This document shows, piece by piece, positions 38,932-50,379 of a DNA stretch of 64,000 nucleotides. Origin of the DNA: Dimorphilus gyrociliatus. Lineage: Eukaryota; Animalia; Annelida. A program made the position numbers and the translations under genes. Position 1 is the first letter of the stretch; each line of letters starts with the position of its first letter. The notes under the pieces were generated by a model that saw nothing but the letters and a program-made list of their open reading frames with translations, did no database searches and was not told the DNA's origin. The stretch is from the NCBI GenBank assembly GCA_904063045.1, contig CAJFCJ010000058.1, positions 1 through 64,000 on the forward strand, read 5' to 3'.

Positions 38932-40395
38932 TCAAGTTTTGTATATTATCATTGTAATGTAAACAATACTATTGTAATAAGCATATTTCGTAAAAGGGAA
39001 TAAAATGGTCTCACTATGAGTTATATAGAAAAGTGAAAATGACATTTCATGACTGGGAATATCATTTAATGTTAAATTAGATTTTTCACATTTCTCTTCT
39101 ATATCATCCAGGGAAAGAAATTTTGAATTTTTATACAGATAATAGCATACATCATGTATTGATAGAGCATTTTCTCCAGGGCATTGACTCTCTACAAAAG
39201 TATTATTCAATTACTTTAAACGAGATTTGAAATATTCAACTTGAATTTCTTGAACATGCAACGTAAAATAGAGTTGGCTGGAACCTGTATTTTTTTATTT
39301 ATTACAATTTTTTAAGAATATTTTATTATCCAACTAACTTTTTTGATTGTTCTTTGTGTTGACATTCATTCAAGCTTGATTTGGAACCATTACAAGAAAT
39401 GGTTTTGTATAATATAGATGTTGTGATAAGAGTACCGCCTGACTTCAAAAACCTAGGTTGCACTAAAGTTCCACTAAGAAATCCGAAGCTTTTACAAATA
39501 ATTTGAATCTCTTGATCTTTTATTATTTTAAAATTAGCTGGAGTTTTTCCACTTAAAACAAGAAAACTTCCAGAAAAGAAGGCATAGTTGTGCTTTTGTC
39601 CAGAATACAAAAATCCTCTCAAAAAATTAGTCAGTAAATATTTGTAGACTATTAAAATTTGAAAATATACTTATTATTTCTTTCAAGTTGATTGCATAAT
39701 ACCTCTAATTATAAATATTCTGACTCACCTGTAGACTCTTTTGAGCAAATAGGATTTGCTCGGCAGAAAAAGCTACCCCAATAATGTTGGGGATAGCATC
39801 CTTGAATGAGCACTTTCCTTTATTATTCTATAATTTTGATTTTGGTGTCTAAAGTATATATAATATAGTTTTGAATTTTCTTTTGTGATTTTTGCCTCTT
39901 CAGCAAAAATATCTATAAAAAAATATATTAAAATAGAAATTAGATAATTATTTAAAAAAATCTAAACAAACATTTCTTTTATAACATTTCAGTAAAGAAG
40001 CATAATATAATTTTCCCTGTTGAAGAAAACTGCAACAAAATGTTTATGAATAATTAGACTTCTAGGAACTATTTTCTATACAAATGGCAGCAATATGGAG
40101 TTTTAAAGTTCATAGTTGCATGAACTAATTCTTTTGTATCGGTATTGATTTTGTAAGAACTAAACACTGAATGAATTGAATCATATCCAGTCTGCTTGCA
40201 CAGTTCATACTTGAACATAGTCAAACCATGATGATACTGCAGCCAAATATTATTTCTTCCTACATTTCCATCTTGTTGGATGACTATTAGACCAATTACA
40301 AAAAATTTACTCTCTTCTGTTACTTTTAAAACTGTTTTCTGATAAAATTTTAGAAATAACTCAGAAAGTAAAAGTATTAAATGAATAACTTTCAT
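38932..40395 (-). CDS. Multi-exon secreted SRCR-like + C-type-lectin-like protein (ends uncertain)
   Basis: Hydrophobic N-terminus; ICKSFGF...ISCNGSKSSLNEC (SRCR); CPGENALSIHDVCYYLY...EEKC (CTLD start). Confidence 0.5.
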
Positions 40396-40975
40396 TTTTA
40401 ATACTATTTCTAGATGATAATATTTATGTTTTTATATAAATTATCTGTAATTTAAAAAAGTAACCCAATCTTTTTAAAATAGCCTTTCATTATGAAATTT
40501 AAACTATTTTTTCATTCAATAACATTTCTCTTTTGGCCAACTACTCTAATATATTAGTCTAACTACCATTGAATATTTTATATTAGATTCAAGGGAAGGG
40601 AAAATAAATCAAAAATTCATTAGAAAGATTGGTCATTTATAAAGGTAAAAGGTCACATCTATTGATAATGAACTACAATTGTTTAAAATAGACAAAAGCC
40701 AAGTAATAATCAGAAATGTAGATTATTAGAATGGCATTTTTTGTTATTCTTAAAATTTAATCATTTATTTTTTTAATAAAATATGTTGTAAATTTATTAC
40801 CAAACTTTAATAATTAATATTTAGCTATTGCATTAATATTTCATTGTGCTGTGGCCGAATTAATCAAATTTAATATAAATTTCATAAGCTGCTGAAAAAA
40901 AGGTTGAATATTGACGTTTTTTCTTTTGTGTGTGTATGAGCCGAGTAGGAAAGATGGCGGTTTTTATCTTAAAAC

Positions 40976-41175
40976 GGATGCGACGTCCACAAATCAGTGC
41001 TTTTACCCTAACCCTAACCTAGCTCTTAGTTGTATATAACATTTTCCATTACCCTTAAGTCTTAGAGGAGACCCTCTTAAGTACAAATCAGTTGCTGTCT
41101 TCTTCTGCCTAACCATTTCTCAATCCAAATTTTTGTCTTGAAATTTCTCATTTGTGGACGTTTTCTGTCGACCCC
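40976..41175. mobile_element. TTAGGG MITE family member (reverse orientation)
   Basis: ggatgcgacgtccacaaat...accctaaccctaacc...atttgtggacgttttctgtcgacccc; internal IR gtccacaaat / atttgtggac. Confidence 0.75.
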
Positions 41176-41320
41176 GTTTCTTTTAACCTCTTTAAAATTT
41201 AGTTGTTTTTAATATATCACTAGATATAGGACTACAAGAAACATGTCTATATGATACAACTATTGGACCTTATTTGGATAAAAACAGCTACTAATATAAA
41301 TGGCAGTCATACCTAAAATT

Positions 41321-41526
41321 GGATGTGGTAGAAAACGGCCATAAATCTATGGTTTTACCCTAACCCTAACCCAGCCCTTGTTTTTGCCTAACCTTTTTGA
41401 ATACCCCTAACCCTTAGATGGGACTCTCCTAAGAACATATCAACAGTTATCTTATTCCTCCTAACCATTTCCCAGGCTGAAATCTAACTTTCAAATATTT
41501 CATTTATGGCCGTTTCGACCGGTCCC
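41321..41526. mobile_element. TTAGGG MITE with perfect 9-bp TSD
   Basis: TSD CCTAAAATT at 41312-41320 and 41527-41535; GG-starting imperfect TIRs; reverse complement of 3248-3453. Confidence 0.9.
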
Positions 41527-41544
41527 CCTAAAATTTTCTCATAG

Positions 41545-42154
41545 GATTTAAATTTCCACGAGACGGATATATAAAAGCAGTAATTTTTGATACTGTGGGT
41601 AAAAATTATCCTTTACATATTGGAATCTGGGAGAGATTATGCACAGATCCATTAACCTTCGTATGTAAGAATAAAATTGTAATTCCCGGATCAACAACTC
41701 CTGGAATTGGAGTATTTAATGTAACTGAAAAAAGTTTTGTTAAAACAAATTATTCAATTGAGTTTGATTTTTTCAATAGTCATCAGCGTAATATTAAAAT
41801 AAGTGAGAATAAAAACGATCTTTTGGCAACTGTCTTTTATGAAGTAAATTTAAAATATCATTTCTATTATAATCTAAAAGATTCTGAATTTGTCTATTCT
41901 AACTAGAAATTTCAGAGGCTTGCAATAAAATCATTAGTACATTTGGTTCACCAGTCATAGATAAGATGTATCGTGGAGCAAATTTTTTAAATATAGTTAC
42001 TCATCCTAGCTTCGTTAGCAATGGGTTTATACTTGGCTTTAAAATGTTTAAATTATTCAGTGGAATATGTTTCGTAGGAATTTGGAGATCACTTCCAGAT
42101 CAGATTTATCCCTTCAAATTAAAATTGATCCATATAATGCCTATAGAAAATTGA
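41545..42154 (+). CDS. Exons encoding two copies of an uncharacterised beta-rich extracellular-type domain
   Basis: GFKFPRDGYIKAVIF..LHIGIWER and FVSNGFILGFKMF..CFVGIWRS share an F..(D/N)G(Y/F)I....F....(I/V)GIWR pattern; acceptor ttctcatag at about 41544. Confidence 0.4.
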
Positions 42155-43221
42155 CCAGCATCAACTGAACAAGCTATAACTCTTTTGCAGCCTATAGCTA
42201 TAAAAAATGGTGATATTTTAACAATACTATTCATAAGAAAGATGATAAACATATAATAGCAAATGATGTTAAAGAAACCCACTATCCATAAGAGAATCAT
42301 GATTATATTTCATATAATTTTAGTTTTATTAAATATATAAATTTTCAACTCTAATATCGACAGTTATGTGGAAGTGATGTCTTTTTTGAAGATTTTCACA
42401 TTGGTTACATGTTCAATTGCGAAAACGCTCTTCACTCTTTCTTTAAACTGAGCCCACCTAGTTACATAGAAAATATTTTAATAATTGTCCTAATCCAATT
42501 ATCCAACTGTATTAAATAGTTAAAGTTTTTTTCCTTAACCTGTGCATATATGAACCAAAGAATAATCAACACATATAAAAAGAGTATATATTGCTTTTCA
42601 ATTCTTGAGTTCGGAATGTGTTGGCTAATTTTTGTGATTGTAACAAGTACTTATGCTCCCATTGGAAATAGGCCTACCATATTAAAATATCAATAATTCA
42701 GAGATTTGAGATGAAAAATGTATTTTTTCTCTCTATAATGATAAGAAGAATATTATTAAATATACTAATATCCTTCATTTTCATTCTTTGAGTACGGAAA
42801 GAGAAAAAATCAAGAAAATATTATTTTTTTAAGGTGTAACAGTGACTTACCGCCGGTACTGTATTAGAACATTTTTGTAGATTTTCAATCTCTATGCTTT
42901 GTTTTTCATTTAAATTATATGAATGCAAAAATATCTGCCTTAAAGTAGTTGAAGATTTTTGGAGCTCTTCACAAATACTGAAAATTTCATTTTGCATCTG
43001 TCTATTCTCAGATAATTGAATTGTTTTTATATTAGAACATCTATTAAGGAAATATAACTATTTACTTAATAGAAATCTCTTTAAAGTTTTGCAGTACTAA
43101 TTCCTATGAGAGGAATATTATATATAAAAAATATCAATATGATTTGATAAGAATCTCTAACAATAGAATTTCAGTCATGCAAAAAGAGAAATCTTTATTT
43201 TCATTAAAAGAATTAATATTT

Positions 43222-44208
43222 TCAATATTTTATGCCAATTTGTAAGAGAATTTCTTCCATTATTTCGGCAATAGCAATCGAGTCATCCAATGAGACAAGA
43301 TCGTGCTCGGTCTTGCCTTGGAGAAGTGCTTCCCGAACAGCTTGAGCTTGATAGCAAAATCCTTCACTGTTGGGGAAAATCATTGGCTTATTAACTTTTG
43401 GAAGATTAAAACTCTTCTTTCCACTTGGAGTTTCAATATTAGTAGGAGCATGGAAGTGGTCAACTTCAATTGAGCCTTCAGTGCCATAAATTCTTGCTAC
43501 ATTTTTCATTGGTGTCTTAAAAGTGCTTAGAAGGTTTGCAGCTCCACCATTTTTAAAGAGTAAGGTGAAACTGGTAAGAGAATCTACTCCATTCTCAAGT
43601 AGATGACCACAAGATGTAATTTTAATGGGTTTTTCACCAAAAACTAGAAGAGCCAATTGTACCAAGTAACAGCCCAAATCCAATACTGAACTTGCGCCCA
43701 AACTACGTTCTCTTAAACGAGGTGCAATTCGATCCGCAATTCCAAATGTGCCTGTTAGAACAACCGGTCTTCCAATACTTCCGGTTTTTAATTCATTTCT
43801 TAATTCATTGTAGACTGGAAAAAATCTACTCCAGTAACCTTCCATTAAGAAAACTTTATTCTTTCTAGCAGCTTCAACCAATTCTTTGGTTTGTTTCGTA
43901 TTTACGCAAAGAGGTTTTTCGCATAGAACATTTTTTCCTTTATTAAGTAAATTCAAAGCTATTGGATGATGAGCTGTATTAATTGATCCAATGTAAAATA
44001 TATCAATGTCATTATCATCAGCTAGCTCAGCATAGCTTCCATATGCTTTTGGTATATTAAACCTCTTTGCAAATGCATTTGCATCATCCAACTTTCTAGC
44101 AGCCACTGCTTTAACAATATGTTCATTTTCTGGTAAATATTTTAGACACGACGTGAAATCCGAAGAAATGTTACCAGTGCTAATAATTCCCCATTTTGTA
44201 GCCGCCAT
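43222..44208 (-). CDS. DHDH: Trans-1,2-dihydrobenzene-1,2-diol dehydrogenase (Gfo/Idh/MocA family), intronless
   Basis: WGIISTGNIS, VAAR...A..FA, YGSYAELA.D..ID, VLCEKP, FLMEGYWSRFFP, LDLGCY, FPNSEGFCYQA, typical of animal DHDH. Confidence 0.95.
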   Translation of the reverse strand: MAATKWGIISTGNISSDFTSCLKYLPENEHIVKAVAARKLDDANAFAKRFNIPKAYGSYAELADDNDIDIFYIGSINTAHHPIALNLLNKGKNVLCEKPLCVNTKQTKELVEAARKNKVFLMEGYWSRFFPVYNELRNELKTGSIGRPVVLTGTFGIADRIAPRLRERSLGASSVLDLGCYLVQLALLVFGEKPIKITSCGHLLENGVDSLTSFTLLFKNGGAANLLSTFKTPMKNVARIYGTEGSIEVDHFHAPTNIETPSGKKSFNLPKVNKPMIFPNSEGFCYQAQAVREALLQGKTEHDLVSLDDSIAIAEIMEEILLQIGIKY

Positions 44209-44659
44209 TTTTACGAACTTTATACTTAAACACTTGAATTATCAGTAAACACATTTATCAACAAGGACATTGCAAAACAGTCAATTAGAAATTTCGAATA
44301 CTATTTGATTGTTGCTGTTGTAGTGTTTAAATAACTTATTTGATGTAGACAAAAGAATTTATAAGCAGTACTCTTCTGTTCATTGTCATATTTGATAAAC
44401 TTTTAAAATAATTAATATCCAATTCATATTAGGGCTAAATGAACTTGAGATATCGAACTGAAAAGGGTACAGCAATGTCCTTTGCAGAGTTGTTATTAAA
44501 TTTTTACACATCTTATAAAAAATTGAAGTAGATGGTGAATGTTTAAAAATTCATTAGAAACAGATAAACCATTCAAAACAGTCTGTAGTCATTTGTTAAA
44601 TGAAAGCTTATCAATATTCTGTTTTTATTGTTTGTCATGAAGAATCATTCAAAGATTAT

Positions 44660-45360
44660 TTTCTTATAAATGGGAATGGATCTCAAATAGTCATTCTGTT
44701 GAAAATTGTTGGATACATATTAATTTTGAACAATTTTACAACATTTCCCATTTGGAAGTAATGTCAAGAATTTATTCTAAACCAAAGCCTAAACTATTAG
44801 AATTACATTTTTCAAATAATACAGTATCCTATCAATTACCCAATGTCAGCACTCTGCAAACTATCCTATTAGACAGGAATTATTATTCAAATTACCTTAG
44901 AATATATGTTAAATCAATATATGTCACTTCCGGTCATATTGGATTTATGATCATTAGGGCTTACACCTTAACTAAAGGTCTTAATGGATTAAAAGCTCTT
45001 AAAAAAGATAATTTACCATGTCTTTTACCGAGTAAGAACAATTATCCCTATGATTCCTTATTGTTTAATGAGAATGATGCTACATGTACATCAATAAATC
45101 TGCAGTTGTTGGGATATTCAAAATATATATCTTCAAAAGTCATCATAAAAACAAAAGATGGAGGAATAGATTCATGTAAAAATTTATCTGTATTTAAAAC
45201 TTCCAATGAATGCATATATGAAAAATGTATTCTTGAAGATTACAATTCAGCTTGTCAATTTGTCTGTAAGGTATGTTTGCAGAATACTGTTTGCAATTTT
45301 ATCATTTTTCAAAATGTGAATAATGATAATCAATTGTGCGAAATTCAATTTCAACTATAA
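44660..45360 (+). CDS. Discoidin-like domain + Cys-rich C-terminal module (5' end missing or frameshifted)
   Basis: Frame is open upstream of 44752: YKWEWISNSHSVENCWIHINFEQFYNISHLEV; ends CQFVCKVC...LCEIQFQL. Confidence 0.6.
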
Positions 45361-45679
45361 TCTTTTTGAAGAATTTTAGCACTAATTTTTGTCTTCATCA
45401 AACTATTATCGTATTGAATATAAAAATCATTTCAATGCTAAACCATTACTTTTAAAGTTTTCAAGTTGTTTCTTATAATTTGAGGAGATTTTCCTACACA
45501 CCACCGATATTAATGGTGTCTGGAGATTTCGTCTCAAATATTGGTTGCTCAATTTCTAAACTTATTTATTAAAATTTTCTATGTAATTTGATAAAAAATT
45601 CTTGTTCAACTCTCAAATATTATATTATTTGATTGTATTTATCTCCCTTCCACAAACTGAAAAATTAATTTTTTAAAGC

Positions 45680-46090
45680 TGGAGATTTCGTCCACTTTTT
45701 GGAGATTGAATCTTCTAATTACTTTTGTTTTGATTTGGGAAATGGTTAGGAGGAAAAAAAGAAAACGTCCCCAAGTGAGATTTTTAAAAGCAACATTTCG
45801 GATTGAAAAATGGTTAGGATGAGTGAAGTAGCCATTGATTTGTAGTTAGGGGGGAGGGGTTCCATCTAGGGGTCATGGGTAATCAAAAAGGTTAAGGAGA
45901 GACTAGGTCTAGGTTAGGGTTAGGGTTAAACCATGCATTTGGGGACGTTTTCTGTGGTACCCGGAAAAAAAACATCAATTGATTTGCAGTCAGGGGGGTC
46001 AGGGTTAGGGTTAGAGGTAATGAAATGGTTAGGCATACATAGAGAATGGTTTAGGATTAGGATATAACCATGCTTCTGGGTGCGGGTTAG
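45680..46090. mobile_element. Cluster of nested or partial TTAGGG MITE copies
   Basis: IR gaaaacgtccccaa (45761) / ttggggacgttttc (about 45940) around ggttagggttaggg; partial copies on either side. Confidence 0.75.
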
Positions 46091-46833
46091 TTTTCATATA
46101 AAAACATTGGCTGTTTCTTTTTATAAATCTACACCTGTTAAAAGGCCCATTTTAAACTTTTCACACAAACTAAAAATCCTATTCTGCAATAACTAGATGA
46201 AGTCTATAGAAATTGGACGAAATCCCCTGTAACCAAATTAATTATCATTGATTTCAATATGCCTAATGTAAAGAATCCCAAAAATAATCTGAAGATTGTA
46301 AACATACATTTTGCCACTAGGTGGCATACTAGTACTAGTTACATAAATTGCATCAAAAAAATTTTTTGTACAAACTTAAACTTTCTGTTCAATGCGTCTC
46401 TTCTCACAAATTAAACTACATATGTCTATTTCCATAAATGTCAGAGGACACACCAATAGACATCAATATACAGGAATCTAACATGATAAAACAGTATATA
46501 TAAAGATCATTCATCAGGAAATGGAAATGAAATTTATAATGTAAATTTTTTATCAATAAATGAGATCTAAAAATATCATTTAACAATAGGGATTTTGCAT
46601 GTTTTTAATTATTTTAAATCAATAACACGAGTATCTCACACCAATTTCATAATTGAAAACATTAATCATCGTATTTTCTTCTCGTATGAATATACAACAC
46701 TTTTTTAACGGAATTAATCCAACCAATGGTATTAACTCTTAATATTTATGATAAAGGTTGGTCTAAATTGATTTTTTTGTCTATTTATTTTCCTTTTAGC
46801 TGAAATTTTTCCACATCACAATTCAATTAATGA

Positions 46834-47835
46834 ATGTCTGTCATGCTTAATACGTTGATTGTTATCATCTGCATTATTTTACATAGTTTTTTCTGTTCTG
46901 CTACAGAATATGTTTCTTGTAGAGCTGCACTGTTTGAAACTGAAGAGAATGGTACATATTCTATAAAACCAAGATTAAATGGCCATAGTGCAAATGTAAC
47001 TTGTAATAAGCTTAATTCAACTCATGGTATTGCTATGTTAGGTAACACTGCTGAAACGGAAATTCTTCTCTCAGATACTTACGAACATAATAATTATGAA
47101 AATCAAATCAAATATGGAGACTATGATGATGACGATATAAGAGAGTTTAAAAATACGAAGATCACTTGTTCTCAAGGAATCACATTCACTAATAAAGAAT
47201 CAACGCCAGCAGCTCACAAATTTCTATTCAATGACAATACACTGTTTGAAAACATTAATGGCTTTACTGATGGAATATGCAAATGCTTCATAAGAACTGT
47301 ATGTGACACTACTGATAATCCAGATTCTGAGTGTGTTATGATAGGTGGTCCTGAGGTTACTGAAGAAGGAGATTTTAGTGTTTTTTCACACAGATTACCA
47401 ATAAGAGAAATACATACAGGAGATGTTAGTGATCCACAGGAATTTGTTCGCTATTCAGTTCATAAATTAAAATGTATTTTTGAACTTCAACTCAACTTTT
47501 ATGTATTTACCAATCACAATACTACTTGCTTGAATAATAATACCTTTAATATACTCAATGATGGACATTCAACAACTTGTACATCCCTTCCATCAGAAAT
47601 TCCATTCCAACTGGAAAGTATTAAAGAAATTAATTCTGTCAAAATTATAACAAATGAATTAGAACCGTGTCAATTAAATATAGAATTTTATCTTCAAGGG
47701 AACAATGATATGAAAATATTATGTTTAAAAGATGATAATTGCAATTTTAAATGTCCACCTTCAAATTCAATTAATTTTCAATTATTTGAAAGTGAAGAAA
47801 ATATCAAACTATGTGAAATTGTATTAAATTTTTAA
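46834..47835 (+). CDS. Secreted protein: Caspr/neurexin-IV-type fibrinogen-like domain + Cys-rich C-terminal module, intronless
   Basis: Signal peptide; SC...G.Y.I.P, CSQGITF, CKC...C, LPIREIHTGD....SVHKLKC (cf. Caspr LPV..L..GD...TLGPL.C); ends CNFKC...LCEIVLNF. Confidence 0.7.
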   Translation: MSVMLNTLIVIICIILHSFFCSATEYVSCRAALFETEENGTYSIKPRLNGHSANVTCNKLNSTHGIAMLGNTAETEILLSDTYEHNNYENQIKYGDYDDDDIREFKNTKITCSQGITFTNKESTPAAHKFLFNDNTLFENINGFTDGICKCFIRTVCDTTDNPDSECVMIGGPEVTEEGDFSVFSHRLPIREIHTGDVSDPQEFVRYSVHKLKCIFELQLNFYVFTNHNTTCLNNNTFNILNDGHSTTCTSLPSEIPFQLESIKEINSVKIITNELEPCQLNIEFYLQGNNDMKILCLKDDNCNFKCPPSNSINFQLFESEENIKLCEIVLNF

Positions 47836-48960
47836 GCAGTTCTTTCCCTGTTTTTCTCATTTTTCAGGAAAAGTTTCTGATTAGAGTTAAAACTAAGATA
47901 AAATTTTCGTCCCAATATTTTTGTGTGATTAAAAGACTCAATTAATATTAATTATTTAAAATGTATTCCACTACTCCTCCTTTGCCAATTTGTGTTTTTA
48001 CAAGTTACAACAGTACTGGTTCTACTTGAACCTTTAACATAAATGTTTCATTTAAAGAGTTTATTTGAAATAAATTACTTACACAAGTAACAATATGCAA
48101 GTCCAATGGCAGAGTAGATAATTTGTAGTAGCAGGTTGCCAAATTATCTGAAATTGACACCTAACATCCAGTTGGTGTAATGGATAGTTACTGTTTATGT
48201 TTAGTAATAGGATGTTACAATAGTCTAACCTTTAGAAAGGCTAATTGAATTATAGCTTGGCTAAAACTAAACCAGTAATGAAAGTTGGACCTTTTGGATG
48301 ACTAATTGAAATGTAATTGGGCCAAACCTTATAGAATTTTTTACAGATTGGTATGAGTTGTGTATAGTAACATATTTTAAGCGTAAAACAAAACGAAAGT
48401 TGTACAATCATAAAAAAATGTAAAATTCCTAATGAATTATTCTTTGATTGAAATTCTGGTATTGAGTAATATTAAAAACAGTAACATCTCTAATAATTTA
48501 TAGAAATAGATACTTAGGCAAGTAGTTAAAAGACTTTTTATTTATCTATTCATTTTCTATTTTTAACATTTCTCCAAGCTTTTACATTATCAATAATTTA
48601 CGCATCAAAATTGATATTTTGATCAGTAAATTATAACCTAAACACGTATATTAGAGAAAAATAAGGGAAGGAAATACAAAATTTCTTAAATACCTATTCT
48701 ACTCAAATTGTTTGGTAAACTGGTAGGGATTAGGGGTTGGGCTAAGATGACAATATTAGAGATATTTTTCACCAGAATCCTTTGGTCTTGATTAAAGAAA
48801 TTCTTTACATTATTAATGGAGAGGATTTTCTTTTATCTTAAAATGATGCTATATTATTGATAATTCTAGAACACGCACTTCTTCTATTATGCATCATAGA
48901 GATTAGTTTTATATCTATATATATTCATGTACATCAACAGAAGCAACTGTAGTTGGAGAG

Positions 48961-49872
48961 ATGGGCTTTGCAAGTGTATATATATCAATTATTTCTAGTT
49001 CAATTCAAGTTTTTGGCTTTCTTTTGAATATTAACCTTATTATTATTGGTGTAATTAATAAAGATTTATGGAAATTACACAACTTTGGTATTACAGCTTT
49101 AACTTTTACAGATATTTCTTATTCAATAATCTTCTTCCTTTTCATTTTTCTTCATGATTCTTATACAAATTCTTACAGTTGCCTTATTTCATTTCAATTC
49201 ATTTTTATGATTGTTTCAGTATCATCTTTTACATTGACTTTAATTACATTTGAAAAGTTTATGGCAGTTGTAAAACCTTTTGTATTTTCTAAAATGTGGA
49301 CAATGAAGCGAGCTCTTATCTTACTTTCTTTAATATGGTTTATTTGCTTTGCTATTTGTTCACTTCCGGTTATGGGTTGGAATAAGTACGACGGGAATTC
49401 GCAACAAAATATTACTACAGATTGTCGTTCATTTAGTGTCTTTTCCTTTTCATACATGTTTTTTTGGTCCTTTACTACCATTATGCCAAATGCTGTTGCA
49501 TCTTTAATATTATATATTCCAATAGTAAGAGCAATTAGAAAGCAAAGAAAAGCAATTTGCGATACATCTTATACCAATAATACCACCTCTGAAGGAAGCA
49601 GTATTCGAATTTTGACCAGTTTATTAATAATAAATTGCGTGTTTACAATTTTTCCACCTGCATTAACTGCTGCTGAGTATTACAGACTCAACGGAAAATA
49701 TTATTTATCAGACTATCATTTTGAATTAGTTACTGACTCATTTACTGCAATTGTTGTTTCAAATCCAACAGTTAATGCCCTAGTTCATGGTTATACAAAA
49801 TCCTCTATAAGAAATCATACTAAACAATTTTACATTGCACTCATTAAGAATTGTACTTTTAAAAAATTATAG
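48961..49872 (+). CDS. Rhodopsin-class orphan GPCR, intronless
   Basis: 7 TM; TDI in TM2, TFEKF at the DRY position, LPVMGWN, NPTVNALVHGY. Confidence 0.9.
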   Translation: MGFASVYISIISSSIQVFGFLLNINLIIIGVINKDLWKLHNFGITALTFTDISYSIIFFLFIFLHDSYTNSYSCLISFQFIFMIVSVSSFTLTLITFEKFMAVVKPFVFSKMWTMKRALILLSLIWFICFAICSLPVMGWNKYDGNSQQNITTDCRSFSVFSFSYMFFWSFTTIMPNAVASLILYIPIVRAIRKQRKAICDTSYTNNTTSEGSSIRILTSLLIINCVFTIFPPALTAAEYYRLNGKYYLSDYHFELVTDSFTAIVVSNPTVNALVHGYTKSSIRNHTKQFYIALIKNCTFKKL

Positions 49873-49962
49873 GACTATACTCAATACGTTATAGTTAATG
49901 ATTGAAGAGATACAAATCTGATTATTGGCTAGATAAGGATCATATCACTAAAATTCTCCAAA

Positions 49963-50125
49963 AGATGATTTTCTCGATATACATTCTTGTGTTTTGTCTA
50001 AAACATTTTGAGTTATGTTGTTACAGAATTAATCATAGTCTCATGCTTGGCAGTATGCCAAAAATATATTTTTAAAGTACTGATAGAATAACTTGATCAG
50101 GAAAGTTCATGTATTTGGTATTGAT
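49963..50125. repeat. Duplicated segment, partner 53228-53372
   Basis: tatacattcttgtgttttgtcta...ctcatgcttggcagtatgccaaaaatatatt is shared. Confidence 0.85.
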
Positions 50126-50379
50126 ACATCTCTTTTTAGTTCAACCACAACTATATAAAATAATAAGTTTGAACTTATATTTTTTTTCAAACTATGATGA
50201 AAACCCTCTAAGTCATTGTTTGTTCTGATTTTTTGGTCTCTGGAAGTCAAAAGCTACTTTTAATACAGTTGTCTTCAATATACTCCAAAAAATCACTAAG
50301 TTGATTTCTATCAGCTAAATCATTTTTTATATTGTTGAATTAATTTGCAATCAAAGTATGAGGAAGCTGGGGTAAAGCC

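Noticed and set aside
43222-44208. Bacterial contamination or HGT suggested by the intronless Gfo/Idh/MocA gene
   Set aside because: Motifs match animal DHDH, and base composition and neighbours match the host
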